From the NCBI GenBank assembly GCA_030141605.1, contig JAQGDQ010000531.1, positions 88,608 to 152,607 on the forward strand: a DNA stretch of 64,000 bases. Direction: 5' to 3'. How positions within the stretch are numbered: the first letter of the stretch is position 1; each line of letters opens with the position of its first letter. Under the pieces are notes generated by a model. The model was not told the DNA's origin and did not search any database. It worked only from the letters and a program-made list of their open reading frames with translations. The DNA is from Tubiluchus corallicola. Taxonomy: Eukaryota; Animalia; Priapulida. This document shows positions 1-12,527 of the stretch, one piece after another. A program made the translations under genes and the position numbers.

Positions 1-2982
1 TGAATGAAGTCCATCCTCAAGTATTCTATTTTATAGGCACAACAACGCACTTTTCTCCTGTTGACATAATATTGCTGCACAAGTAGATGGCATTTTAATC
101 ACTACAGCTAGATCGCGGAAATCTTTGTCAGTTTATGAAATGTCAAAGTGGAATTTAATGTTTAGTTTTAATATTATTAAGTCATTTGTGAATATTAATA
201 AATAAATTTTGTATATTCATAATGCATTTATTAATATCAAAAAATACCATTTGTATTATTGATATCAAAAATGAGTTATTAATATTCAAAATTGATTTAA
301 TAATCAATATAGGTATTAGTAAACCGATTTTGAATAATCATAAACATTTTTTAATATTACAGTAAAAATTAATTTGTGGATATTCAGAATTGATTTATTG
401 ATCTTGAAAAATAAGCATTAAATTACACTTTGGGGTTACATACAGGTTTAAAATTTTTTTAGTAGAGTTCTTTTCCCAATGCAAGAAAAACGAGAGGTTG
501 TGTCAAAGCCGACTGAAAGCTCCAAGAACTAGTTTCTCCTTGTACTGTTAAGTTGATTCCAGACACGTATTTTTTCGCTCTTGTCTTTGGCTCAGATTAA
601 AGAGGGAATTGTGACATAAGATGATGTATTAGACAAACAGAATAAGAAAATCTGCATAATCACCGGTAATCACCGTGTTTGTTGTGGCGACAGAGTCTGC
701 TGCTTTTTGCAGTATAAGAAGATCAGCATAACTCGGGGCAAGCGACACCTGACAGTATGTTTTCTATAAGTGCAGACCAGGCATATTGGTGAACTGCTGT
801 TTGTTTGTTTTGTACATAAGGAATTTGCTTTTATTCTTTCCTATAAGAATATAAACATCTACAAAGAGATCACAGAGAGGTGGACACATGGCCAATGGTC
901 AAGTTAAAAGCCATTGCTTGGATAATCTATGAAAGACTGTTGTAAAAACCATCTTTACTCACATCCTGAGGTTGCTCCGGTTCCATCCTGCTGAACATGA
1001 CCTGTTATTTCCAGAAGACTTGGTCGGAGGAGGTCAGAGGTGACATCTGGTACTGCTCATTTAGGTGGCTGATGCAAAGTCCTTTGATGCTTTTGCTACA
1101 ATTGTGAGGCATTGGAATAGTAGCTCAATGTTCACATGAATTTCTTCTCTGTTAATCTTGACTGAAGACCTTGTAGTGAAGGTGACCTTCTTAAATATGA
1201 GCTCTGCTGATTTCTATCAATCCATGCTTAAGAAAATGGTTTTGCCGATTTCCTTAGGTGCACGTGTAGGAAATACATTGAACGGTATGCAACAACTGCA
1301 GTGGATCAGACTGTGAAAATGCCTTTCAGATGACAGCCACCGTTGTTAATGACATTGATAAATAATTAGAATGGTTCATTAAATTACTTCAATGCTTTAA
1401 ATTCATTAGTTAAAGTAACTAAAATTAATTAATTTCATTTAACGATTTATTTATTATTGATTAGTTAATTTTACATATTTCCTTACGTACCATATTGGTT
1501 TTGGTGCAAAATACTGTTTTGGTTGGTTGCGGATAATATTAAATTTTTCTCGGGATGCGTATGTAAACATGTTTACGTAAGCAGAAATTTGACGTCATCA
1601 AATTGGCACATTTCAATCAATATTTTTTTTTCACATCGGTACAACACTACAGAACAAATACATGTACAAAAAGTAAAATAACCAAAATAACGAAATAATT
1701 AACATCAAATCAGAAAAATTTACGTAGGTCGTACATATTGTACTGCAGAACACTGAAGAATGTGAGGGCTTGTAAAAGCTTTCTGAAAATGTGAAGAAGA
1801 GAAAATAGGTTAGTAGTAGTAAGAATGGTTGGGGGGAAAATAGTGCCAAGAATGGAGATCAACGGGGGTATTGCGGTAAAAACTGTATTCTTAAATGATA
1901 AGTACAACGTACAAAGACAAAGATAGACATAAACTCCAATAAATGTTTGTAAATTTGACAGTTGACAAAGACGTTCGCTATGTGCATATATTAACAAAAT
2001 AAGCAAAAAAAACAATTATTATACTATAATAACAGATTTACTAGGGCAGATTCATGCAACTTTAAACACTTTTACTCAAGAAGTGTAGTTCTCAGCAACA
2101 ACGCCTTGCAGTAACAGTTTTAACAGCTAGCTAGAACTTTACCTAGTTCATTTTTTTCTTATCAAGATCTTGCTAGTAAATCACCCTACGCGCAGACGAA
2201 CACATGCGGGTTTTTGCTTATTCACGTATCTCATGACAGTTATAGCTAAGACTCATTGCTGTGGCACACTTAACCTTTGATCTACAGCAACTGCGCCTGC
2301 GCACAACGAAACTGCGAAAAGGTATATTCATAAAACTAAAAATTTCATCTTTATAAAATTCTGTTGCTATTAGTGGATGGTTCCTCCTTTATTTTTTACA
2401 AAATGTCTGGACTATATATGTTGTGCGCCTTACATAATACAGCTAAATGAAATAAATAACAAAGTCTTAGGAATCTGGATAATTTACCCAAAAAATACTG
2501 TTATGACTAAAGACAGATATTAATTTATCGTAAGACATTAATCAAGGTATGGGTCATTTAACTGGACCTTACACAACATACAAATGCAAAGAATGCCAAC
2601 ATTTCAGTGCGTATAATAATTTTTGTGTTAACTCAGCTTTGCTAGGCTAGAAGAACGGCTTAAAAGCCTCAGTCTGAAAACACGTAACCATGAAAACCGA
2701 ATACAAAGAACTAAGAGCTATTTCGCTTCATTTTTATTGTTGTTTTTACAAGAACCCATTTCACAAAATGTATTTGACAAAAATATATTTAATTATAACA
2801 GACGCTTTTATCATTTCTAGGAAACCGAAAAACTCGTTCAACTGATTTATTCAACTGTTTTTTTTCTTTTCTCTTAATCCAATTAAACGTTCTCGTCTTA
2901 TGGCAGTAATTAGCAATGTTTTTTGATGACTCACAAAATCGAAATAAACTAACGCTAGTCTCCATCAGCAATTAACGCATCC

Positions 2983-3990
2983 TTATTTAAATGGCTTCTT
3001 TCTTCCTATGAAATATACTCCTGTCTCATTGCACTTTCGCTTTAAACTTTCTGAAGTTGGTTCTCTATTAACAAAAATGGGTTCGAATGCAGCTAAGAAC
3101 TTTTCCACCACGAGTAATGATATTCTAATTGGGTGAAGCTTAAACGATCCCAACACACAGTTGCCTTGTTCTGGATCTTTGTACCATCTTTCATGCCAGA
3201 TTATTGTGCCATTGTCTTTCAATAATGTGTGGGCGTTGTGAAGAAACAATAGAGCATCCTGTACATGTTCTATTACATTGATACTAATGAGCGTATCGAA
3301 TGTACCAGGTTTAGAGAACGTTTCTGCTGGAGAAGAGACAATTGTTGTTGGGTAATTGAGAATTTTACCATTTTTGTATGTACATGTTTTTACGTGTTTC
3401 ATGTACAAATCAGCCATTGGTTCAACAAGTGTGACGTGACTCACATTTACTTGTTGATTGTCTTTTAAGATATAAAAACTTTGAGTAAATGGACCGGCGC
3501 CAATTTCCACTAAGTTACCCACGTCTTTTAGTAGCCGTTTGTAACCATGGAAACCTTCTACATGTTCATTTGCACGGTCACCTTGAGGCCTTTTAATAGT
3601 CCATCTACTTAGCTCCTTCTCCTGGGCAGCTTTCCATAAGAACATTGGCACTTGGACTATACCCGTTTGTGGATTCATAAAACAACTCGCCGACAAAGAA
3701 GTTTTGGGCATGTGTTTGTCATACGTTAAAGATTGCCTTAAATTAGGGCACTCGTTCAGCCTGTTGTTATTAATCAGAAGCTTTTCACAACATTGTTCTC
3801 CACTGTATCCAGGATGGCAAAAACAATAGTTAAAATACCAACTTCCATGAGGATGACAGGCACATCTGCTGCCAATAAACGATTTTGCGCTATTTTGCCG
3901 TTGATTTTTCAAAATCATACAGAAAACTGTTAGTAACAACAACGTGGCAGGTAACTTCAATTTTGCCGTGTTCCTCAAAAAAGAATACAT
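2983..3990 (-). CDS. Type II membrane class I SAM-dependent methyltransferase with an EGF-like stem domain (335 aa, single coding exon)
   Basis: First ATG at 3990 (the ORF track starts at an upstream TTG). Hydrophobic anchor LPATLLLLTVFCMIL, EGF-like CACHPHG..YCFCHPGYSGEQC, SAM motif I LVEIGAGPF, acidic VEP, and FDTLISINVIEHV..LLKDNG typical of Methyltransf_11/23-like enzymes. Confidence 0.85.
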   Translation of the reverse strand: MYSFLRNTAKLKLPATLLLLTVFCMILKNQRQNSAKSFIGSRCACHPHGSWYFNYCFCHPGYSGEQCCEKLLINNNRLNECPNLRQSLTYDKHMPKTSLSASCFMNPQTGIVQVPMFLWKAAQEKELSRWTIKRPQGDRANEHVEGFHGYKRLLKDVGNLVEIGAGPFTQSFYILKDNQQVNVSHVTLVEPMADLYMKHVKTCTYKNGKILNYPTTIVSSPAETFSKPGTFDTLISINVIEHVQDALLFLHNAHTLLKDNGTIIWHERWYKDPEQGNCVLGSFKLHPIRISLLVVEKFLAAFEPIFVNREPTSESLKRKCNETGVYFIGRKKPFK

Positions 3991-3997
3991 AGCTTCG

Positions 3998-5013
3998 TTA
4001 AAAATGAACAACTTTGAAGATAAATGACCTGAGCTTTTTTATCACAGAAATTTTAGTTTCATTAACACCCACGGATTTATACAGATCAAATAAGTAAGAA
4101 AACATCCATTTATATTTTTGTTTGTAAAAAGTTCCCCAAGATCCGTGCAAAATTCCTATGCGTATGCTATGTGCTTGAGCAGGCTTGCAGAATTTATTTT
4201 TTAATCCATGTCCCCACCAGCGACAAGGGACGAAAGTGCAACCCCAACTCCTACAACAGAGTGTTTTGTGATAAAAAGTATGCAGTAAAAACTCTTTTTT
4301 TCAGTTGAACATTCACTGGTAAGTTTAAATATTCGCAAAACTTCCATTTTCCAGTTCGATTTTCGCATTTTGCTTAAATCTAGTAAAACAGTTCCATAAT
4401 TTAAACCTTTTTGGAGTCTAGGAAATGCCTCTGATTTTGTTCATACGCTAATAACGGTCATGTAGACGAAAATTGTGCGGTAAAGAAAAATGAATCGCAA
4501 GTTTTATCGTCTGAGATTGAGACATATAAGTGACACTAGAGCTGTTCTAGAGGCTTCATTAGAATAACATATAAATCTACTGACAAAACCTCCACATTTT
4601 GTAAAACACCCGGTAGGAATTTCTATGCAGTGTTGCAACGTTTATACCCTGGATTCAACCACTTCGTATAGTTTTCACCTGGGGGATACCAGGGATAGTA
4701 AAAGTTTTTCACAGATTGTTTCGACTTTCTCATTTAGCTAAGGTCTTCAGTCAATGCGCTATTAGTGATGTTATTGTCAGTAAAAATATGAAAGTGAATA
4801 CAGGGAGATGTTACCATAAGAGAAATTTCGCTGCGAAGTAAAATTGCTCCAAAATCTTGTCTCGTTATCAGAACAACGTGAATTGTAGTCCTTCTTTGTT
4901 CATACTGATTAACATAATAATTTGGGAGAGAATTAATCCTGTAAAAAGTTCATTATAAAATAGTATAACAGCATAAATATGAAAAAAAACTAGCAAAAAA
5001 GTTTAAACTTCAT
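3998..5013 (-). pseudogene. Intronless GT8 glucoside xylosyltransferase (GXYLT1/2-like) pseudogene
   Basis: Manual translation: MKFKLF.. hydrophobic N-terminus; TIHVVLI..LLRS..IHFHIFTD..YPWYPPGENYTKWLNPGYKRCNTA*KFLPGVLQNVEVLSVDLYVILMKPLEQL*; GLNYGTVLLDLSKMRKSNW (~4350-4407); FCKPAQAHSIRIGILHGSWGTF. Colinear with GXYLT motifs (LQFHIF, KPCASQRLFLP, YVDTD, GVNSGVMLMN, ILHGNRG). In-frame stops at 4734-4736, 4623-4625 and 4536-4538, plus frameshifts. Confidence 0.8.
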
Positions 5014-6896
5014 TGCCAAACTATCTATTACTACCAAAATGACTTGACGTTTTTTTTTCAATGCATCTTTAGAGAACTCAATCTGGCTTCTCTAGTTAAG
5101 AAAAAATTACACGATAGCCAAATGTGACCAGCACGAAGAGGATAGAAACGCTGAACGTTGGCGTGTAGACACACACATTTTAAAAAAAGACTTAAAGAAG
5201 CCTACTTTGCTGTTCGAATTTTCAACTTAAATATACACCTACTATAGGAAATGGTAATATATCAACGCAGATCTAAAACGCTGGCTATTTGAAAACTGAT
5301 CAACACACAACATTTTTCAGTGTTTTCACTGAGAAAGAACTGTCTTTCAAGAAGCAATCTGTGAGTCGACGTTTTCCAAATATTCACTCTGCCACAGCTC
5401 ATTAAAGCAGAAGAAATAGAGAAATATTCTTCTTTCGCAGAAATAGCCTGACGCGATTTAGCAAAGGATAAGAAGCACAACTTCTCAGAAATATCTTTCT
5501 GAAAAACTGTCAGCAAAACCTCGTATACCTGTTAAGTTTTTTTTCAAATGCGCAGTATTTTATAAAGTAAGTTTGTCGGGAGATTTTATACGTTACGACT
5601 GCTAGTTGATCAACATGAATACGAGTGTGTGACGCATGTGGAAAAATTTGAGTAGTACTTGAAAATGTACTATTGTTGTTGAATCTGTCAATAAGTATAG
5701 AACGTGTCACGTAAACGTAATGCCAGATTTAACTGACATGAACTAATAAATACTAGACACATTTGCAAGTTCAACGCTTTACATTCGATGAATAACAATT
5801 TGTGTGTTGCAAAACTCAAGCATGAGATATTTTTCTAAATCAATACGGATCAAATTCGTGTGTGTTTCAATAACATTAACGTTGGCTCTCGTTTTTTACT
5901 TATATATCTACACACATCCGTTAAACGAAGGTAAGATAAAGCAAGATGATGAGCGATCTATCAATTAATTTAGTTGATCATTAAACCCAAAAGAATGGTC
6001 AATATTCAAGAATTACTAAAACTAAAGTTGGATTTTAACGTTAATCATACAAAACGAATAAATTTTACAGTATAAATTTCCAAGAGGCTTACCAACGGTC
6101 AACAGCAGATTATTAATTTAATTCTTTTTTTTAATATTTGAATTTTGGTCGATTTATACTAAACATTGTAGTGTGTAAACAGGTAGTACTTTTTATCCTT
6201 CTGACAATGTATAAGAAACGTTGAATGCCCTTTATAACCCATAATAAGTTGAAAAATTACAGGCGGAATGTTTAAACAATACAATATCAGTGCGAAAGAA
6301 GAACATTAAAAGAAAAGTTAATAGTTGAACATAATTGACCTGAAATATGATAAAAGTTAGAGAAAGAGTAAAAAACGACTGCATAGGAAGAAAAATTGGA
6401 ACACTATGCAATTGGTATTGATGAATACGTGAATTGATTGAGCTGCTAACCTGAGAGTGGCATTTACAGAATTTGCAATAAAGGGTATTCAACGTTTTTG
6501 TACGTTAAAGGTTGCATGCTCACGAGAGGGCTCTCATATTTTTTACAAACTGGTTGAATAGCTGAAACTTCGTTGAACTGTTGAACGGTAATTAGTAAGA
6601 CAAAATACAAAGATCAAAGGTTCAGTAGGTATCATTTTCATAAAGATCTCGTTAAGTATTAAAGATCATTAATTTTGACTAGTGAGCAATTTGGCGAGTT
6701 TGTTTGCCTTTCACAAAATCTTTACAATTTTAGGAAGCTTGTTATGCAGGTCGTTAATTAGTGACGGGTCTGAGACAGGCATTAGCCCTTACTACCCAAA
6801 AATGTGATGTCGAATTTTTTGTTAACTGCTGTGGGAAACCAACGCAAAGACGTTTTCTTAGAGGTTTTAGAGGCAGAGTGGGCTTTTTAGATTTTT

Positions 6897-7002
6897 ATGA
6901 TCGGTAAGCTTAATTTTGCATTACTGGTTACATATAATTACAAAATTGGACGCCCTTTCAGTGTTCTCAAAGCAAGATTTAGATCCTTGTATCATTCTAA
7001 TG
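6897..7002 (+). CDS. Candidate first coding exon of the sulfotransferase at 9387
   Basis: ATG-open frame MIGKLNFALLVTYNYKIG..HSN ending at G|GTATGT, a phase-1 donor compatible with the phase-1 acceptor at 9386/9387. Only weakly hydrophobic, so tentative. Confidence 0.25.
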
Positions 7003-9386
7003 GTATGTTTATGTACACGGTTAATAGCAGATGATGGATAAAAGTATTATTTATTTTGATACAAAATATTGGTAAAAGAATCAACGTACCTTCCCCATTC
7101 GGACTTCAAATGCTTGATGCAGAAAAAGAAGAGGAGCAATTAAAAGTCAAATTGAGATTTAAAGTCATAAAGTATAAATGATTGATTAGCTGATCAAAGA
7201 TATTAGAAAAATACAAAAAATAAAGGCATTCTAACAGTTTGTGACGTTTTCCTCGCCACTGTTGATAAAAGATAACAAATAAACAACTAAGCAACATTAA
7301 AATATTTAAAAGGCTTTGTTAAAGTAATAATATTATTGTTATTATATTATTTATTTCGAACATATTGTTCACATTACAGTTATAAAAAAGTACAAAATTA
7401 TCTAGGAAAAAATAAAAATTTACAATTATAGGATTGGTAGACACTGACAGAAACAATAATACATAAAAAATTAATACTTTAGATTAATTACTACTTTAGA
7501 ATAGTAATTAGATCAAAACAAAGAATAGCAGTACAATACAGATATTACAATTACACATATCCCAAATAACCACATACCTATTACACAATTTTTATACATA
7601 TTACGTTATAACAATGGAAAACACCAATGAAAGGCTAATTAACACAGAGCCAATTTTTAATTTAATTTAAGTTACACTTTTTTAAAAAATCATTATTGCA
7701 TTCAGTAGCATTTTTTATATCTTCTATCACTGGGCAAACGATTTCTTCCTCAGATTACTATCTTTAATTTTTCTCCCTTCATTTTTAGTGAAATTAATGC
7801 AATAGTTATTATTGTATTTAAAGTTAAACAATTGGTGATAATAACGTAAGATAGATCTTGTTGAAAATTCAGCTTGCCTAGCAAAATTATTAACTAATGT
7901 ATTGTGGCTCTTCGCACAAGATACATAAGATTGCACGAAACGCTTTTCAAACGGTTTATTTGGTCAAGAAAATTTACTGATGTATTTACAAATTTTGCAA
8001 ATGTTATTTTGGCAGCTTCCGTATCCATTGAACAAGCCACATAACACGTTTTAACTAATTAACGAACTATAGTATTTCCACGAGACGTGTGTGGGTATTA
8101 GCCTTACATGTAAAATTAAGAAATTGGTATGGAATTGAATTCTCATGGCACTCATCTACATTCAGTACGCAGAAGGTCTATTATTGCCTTGTCTCATTCA
8201 AAGTCTCATCTCTGGAAAAGATTTAAAATATTTGGCTATCAACACTGATTAGTACAGCAATTAAAATGCCTAGCATGCCACGTAACTTTGTTAAATAGAT
8301 TTAATAAGATATATGCTGCAGTTGGAAATGTCGCATTGTGTCCTCACAATATTAGAAAACAGTTGTATTACATGTAAAAGCAAAGTTTAATTCTGATGCT
8401 AATTTACTAAAACTTTAATTTTTATAGTATTTATAAAACAGAAGCAACTTGTAAAACTCTTGATTTTAGTTAATCGATGGACATAAATGGAAACATGTTG
8501 AACTGCGTTCTTTCGCTCATTGAGCTGTTTGGTTGCACATGATAGCTGTTCAAATTTTTGGTAATTTGTTGCAAGATTTTGATTTTTTTTATAAACCCAT
8601 TTAATCAGTTTAATCGTTCAAAAATTGTTTGCAGATTTTACACCTAAGAGAATAGTGAAAGTTTTGTTATCGAAATGCCGGGATTCAAAATAAATTAGTT
8701 ATTGTGTCTCTGCTAGTATAGGCGCTTGAGACTTCCATCATCATTAATGTCGGATTCCTCATCGTAAATATGTTTAGTTTTGAGTTTTGTTGCTAAATTT
8801 TAATTCTTGCCTAATTAAACGGTTTTGGTAATTATTTGGCCTGGGATTTTTTTTGAAAGCACTGATCGCTATTACTTTTTGCCAAAATTTGTTTTATTCA
8901 TTTATTGGTTCTCTTGACATATCTTACTGGTTGTTAACTATTGAATTACTGAAAACATTTTTTTCTTTTAATGTACAAATTTTCCATTTGCTTGGTGTGA
9001 AATAAACAATCTTGAAATCCTGAAAGTCTTGAAAATTTATTTGGTTTTTTGTTTTTTAATTACTATAGCAATTTATTGATACTGCTCCACTATGGTTCTT
9101 ACAAATTCTGTCAACTTAATGTTATCGTTATCATAGTATAATGAGAGATGGGTGGATGCTCGATGACTGAGTTGTCATTCTCCACTTTGTCTCTCTTAGA
9201 CCTTGTTATTGTGTACTAACACTTTGTTTTCTCATAACAAAGATATGTGAAATGAACAAATCGATTTAAATTCAAATTAAAATTCAGTTTTATTTTATTC
9301 ACAACTAAATAATTGCAATTCTGTCTAATAAAATAGAAGCTGAACTTAAGTATTAAACGAATTTATTTTGTAAATTTTTCCTTCAG

Positions 9387-10273
9387 AAAATTTTGTCTCA
9401 GTTTCTCGGCGGACGGTGCTAGTGAAATCGGAAAATTTTAACGGAAGGCGAAAAAAGCTGATAAGAGACACGTGTGAAAAACTCACATTTGAAAGATTTA
9501 ACAGTGATATTGCGAATATTATGGATGTAAAACGTTGGCTCGAAGAAACTTATGTAGTGCATAATTACAACTTACTTTACTGTGCTATACCAAAGGTGGC
9601 GAGTACAATGTGGAAAAGCATATTGATGGAGTTAGCATTAAAAAGCAACAAAACTACTGAAACACCTCATGGTTCAAACATCCATGCTGAAACGTATTCC
9701 TTAATATTTCGCAGAATCTTTAGAGAAAAGAGACGACACGAGGTACTAGAAACTTACAAGAAGTTCCTGTTTGTCAGGGAACCACTGGGAAGACTTTTGT
9801 CAGCTTACAAAAGTAAAATAGAGGCTGGAAGAACGTTTTTCATCAAACCAATCTACTATTTCTTTCATAAGAATTTTACGAATGTCACCATATCCTTGTC
9901 AAACTGGACTCCCACTTTCGAGCAATTTCTAATCTACATTGTACAAACTAAATTTTCAGAATTAAATGAACACTGGGCGAGATATGTGGATTTGTGTAAT
10001 GTATGTTATATAAAGTATGATTTTATAGGAAAGTTGGAGAGATTTGAGAAAGAAGCAACTAGCTTTTTAAAACCCATTTTAACACCAAAACATTTAAACT
10101 TTGTTGCCAAAAAAATTCAAAACATCGACCTTTTACTGCATTCAAGTGACGTTTTAGTTAAGTACTACAAAAATATATCTTTGGAACTGGGACGTATGAT
10201 ACATCAAAAATATTATTTGGACTTCACCATGTTCAATTATAGTTTTAGGGAGGATTTATTTCGAAAACACTGA
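9387..10273 (+). CDS. Carbohydrate sulfotransferase, Sulfotransfer_2 family (CHST8-14/HNK-1ST type), terminal catalytic exon
   Basis: 5'-PSB YCAIPKVASTMWK, 3'-PB KFLFVREPLGRLLSAYK, HW..YVDLCNVCYIKYDFIGKLE, and C-terminal YYLDFTMFNY. No ATG or TM anchor at the start; preceded by acceptor tttttccttcAG (ends 9386), with the frame open from 9387. Confidence 0.92.
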
Positions 10274-10389
10274 TTGTAGTCATATATGGAAAAGGCTTAA
10301 TGTAATCACTTCCTGCAGTTTGGGATTGTAACCACAACAAATTTAAGAATGTGTTTAAAAATCATAAAAGTCAAAATCCTGCAAATACA

Positions 10390-10670
10390 CTAAAAACGTT
10401 CATACATGTTTCAACACACTGCTGGTGTCATCAGTGGAATGAAGAACTATAACAACAAAACAACATATATACTAGGCAAAGTTAATTACTGTGACTGTGC
10501 AGAAACCTGATGATGAATGAAACACGTTGATAAGTATACAGGAATTGGACAGAGGGGTTGGTAGCGTTAGAACAGTGATGATTTGAGTTTTATGATTAGG
10601 TTTGGTGTGCATACGAGGAAGACTTTCTTTGATAAGCAAGAAAAGTTCAGTAGGTGCGCGGGTTTTCATG
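10390..10670 (-). mobile_element. Penelope-like retroelement 3' remnant with a hammerhead-like motif
   Basis: LLIKESL..KP resembles the GIY-YIG endonuclease C-terminus; downstream CTGATGA..GAAACATGTA at 10434-10403. Confidence 0.45.
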
Positions 10671-11779
10671 CTTAAATAATGTTATTAATGTGATCCAAAA
10701 TTAATGTGTGTTTTTTTAGAGTTATGAATATTAAATGAGAGATGTGCTTTTACGATCAAACGCAGATGTTTTTTACTAATGGTCTCAGTATTGCAGCTGG
10801 GATGCGTATATTTGTAAATAACATTTGATGATAACAACATAGAAACCCTATCTTTGAATTTCAAATGGCACCAGTTTTAAGTGGCTATGATTTTATTTCA
10901 AAATAATATAAAAATCATTTTGAGGATGTAATCACTTGACTAATTTGACAATTTCGTTTTTCAGATCTAAACATTTTCTGCCACAGAAAGAACAGAGATA
11001 AATAATTATATGGGGTTGTTGGGTGACATTTCGTTTCCTGAAGTTTTCGTTTAAAAAATTTCTAATATCTTTTGCATCAGTGTTGTCTGTTGCTAGGATT
11101 TCTTTCAAAAATAGAACCTCGTTAATTAAAGCACGAGGTATAGCATCACAATATATGCGATATATTATAAGAATGACGAACGAGTGATTGCATTAAGTTG
11201 GACTTTCATTTTTCTGGGTAAAAAAGAGCAGTTGTCAAAATATAGTTCAGTGTAAATCTGTTTTCTAAAAACTTCAGTGGTCAAACTGCCAAAATAATGA
11301 CTGACATAGAAGTTTCACGAGTTAAAATTGATATTAGGTAATCCAAAAAAGTAAGTTGTGATGTATAGATTTACACATGTATCATATATATGTATCAGCT
11401 AAAATGTATCGTCTATGTAGTATAAATACGAAAGAGAGTTAAAATTGGAAGTATAGTTGGACATTCAAATCTTTTCCCAATAATACATGAATATTTGAAC
11501 ACAGGTACGATAAAGAGGTAAACTGATGCCTTAATCTTCATTCTTGGAATATCCCCTAATATTAAATTTCTACAGACAGACTTTCACGGGGTTTGCGATT
11601 TCGGTGACAATGCAAAAGCCCAGCAGTTCCAAAACATGTGCCAACAGCTCTCCCAAATAGTTACAAAATATTCGTGAGTGTTCAACACTGTTGCCAAAAG
11701 GTCGCTGGCTATTTAAAAAAATATCGCAAATTTGTCTAGTTCCGAACCATTTAACCCGATCATTTTAATTCGTATTAAC

Positions 11780-12190
11780 CAATCAGCCACGAGAAAAAAT
11801 TTTAGCTGATATTTCAAGCATACGTCCTAACTTTACAAGTGTGAGCAATGAAGATGAATATTTGGCTTTGGCAGGAGGTAACAATCAAGAAATACTAATA
11901 ATTGTTTGTCATTTAAGATTTATAATATGAAGAATTTATAAAATTTATATTCATACGATTTGTTAGTTAATTTTCTTATGAATTTTAGAGTGTTGTATGT
12001 GCATGTATAGTTGGGTTTATTGCATAATATCTGGGATTGCTGTTGTTTTTATGTTTCCTAATAAACGGTGTTATGCACCAACCAATGTATTTATAACTGT
12101 TTTTTGGTATCCTGTATGTAATGATAGTGTGCTCTTCTATATATGTTTTAACCAATAAACTATAAATTATAAATTACAAAATTACTTATT
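11780..12190 (+). mobile_element. Possible LINE ORF2 3' end remnant
   Basis: REKILADISSIRPNFTSVSNEDEYLALAGGNNQEILIIVC resembles CR1/L2-clade ORF2 C-termini; followed by AATAAA and a short (ataaatt)-type tail. Confidence 0.3.
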
Positions 12191-12437
12191 ATTAATTTCC
12201 TATTAAAAAAATTACACCGATTTACTTCACAGCAGTAAAATTGTTACGCAATTTAAATCTACGATTAACATTGCAATTTGACACACATTTTACATTGCAC
12301 AACTTTAAACCAAAAAAGACAACTGAGGTACCTTCAATATTGCTCATTTATTATAGCTCAAACAGGTTTTCCTTGTAAAAACTATAATATCGTAATTAGT
12401 GTTTGATAAATTAACACTCTTTAACCTGAATAGTTCT

Positions 12438-12527
12438 TGTGTGTGTGTGTGTGTGTGCGTTAGTGCATGCGTGTGTGTGCGCGTGTGTGTGAGATGAGAG
12501 CGAGCGAGTGTGTGTGTGTGTGTGTGT
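12438..12527. repeat. Imperfect (GT)n microsatellite
   Basis: Directly visible. Confidence 0.95.
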
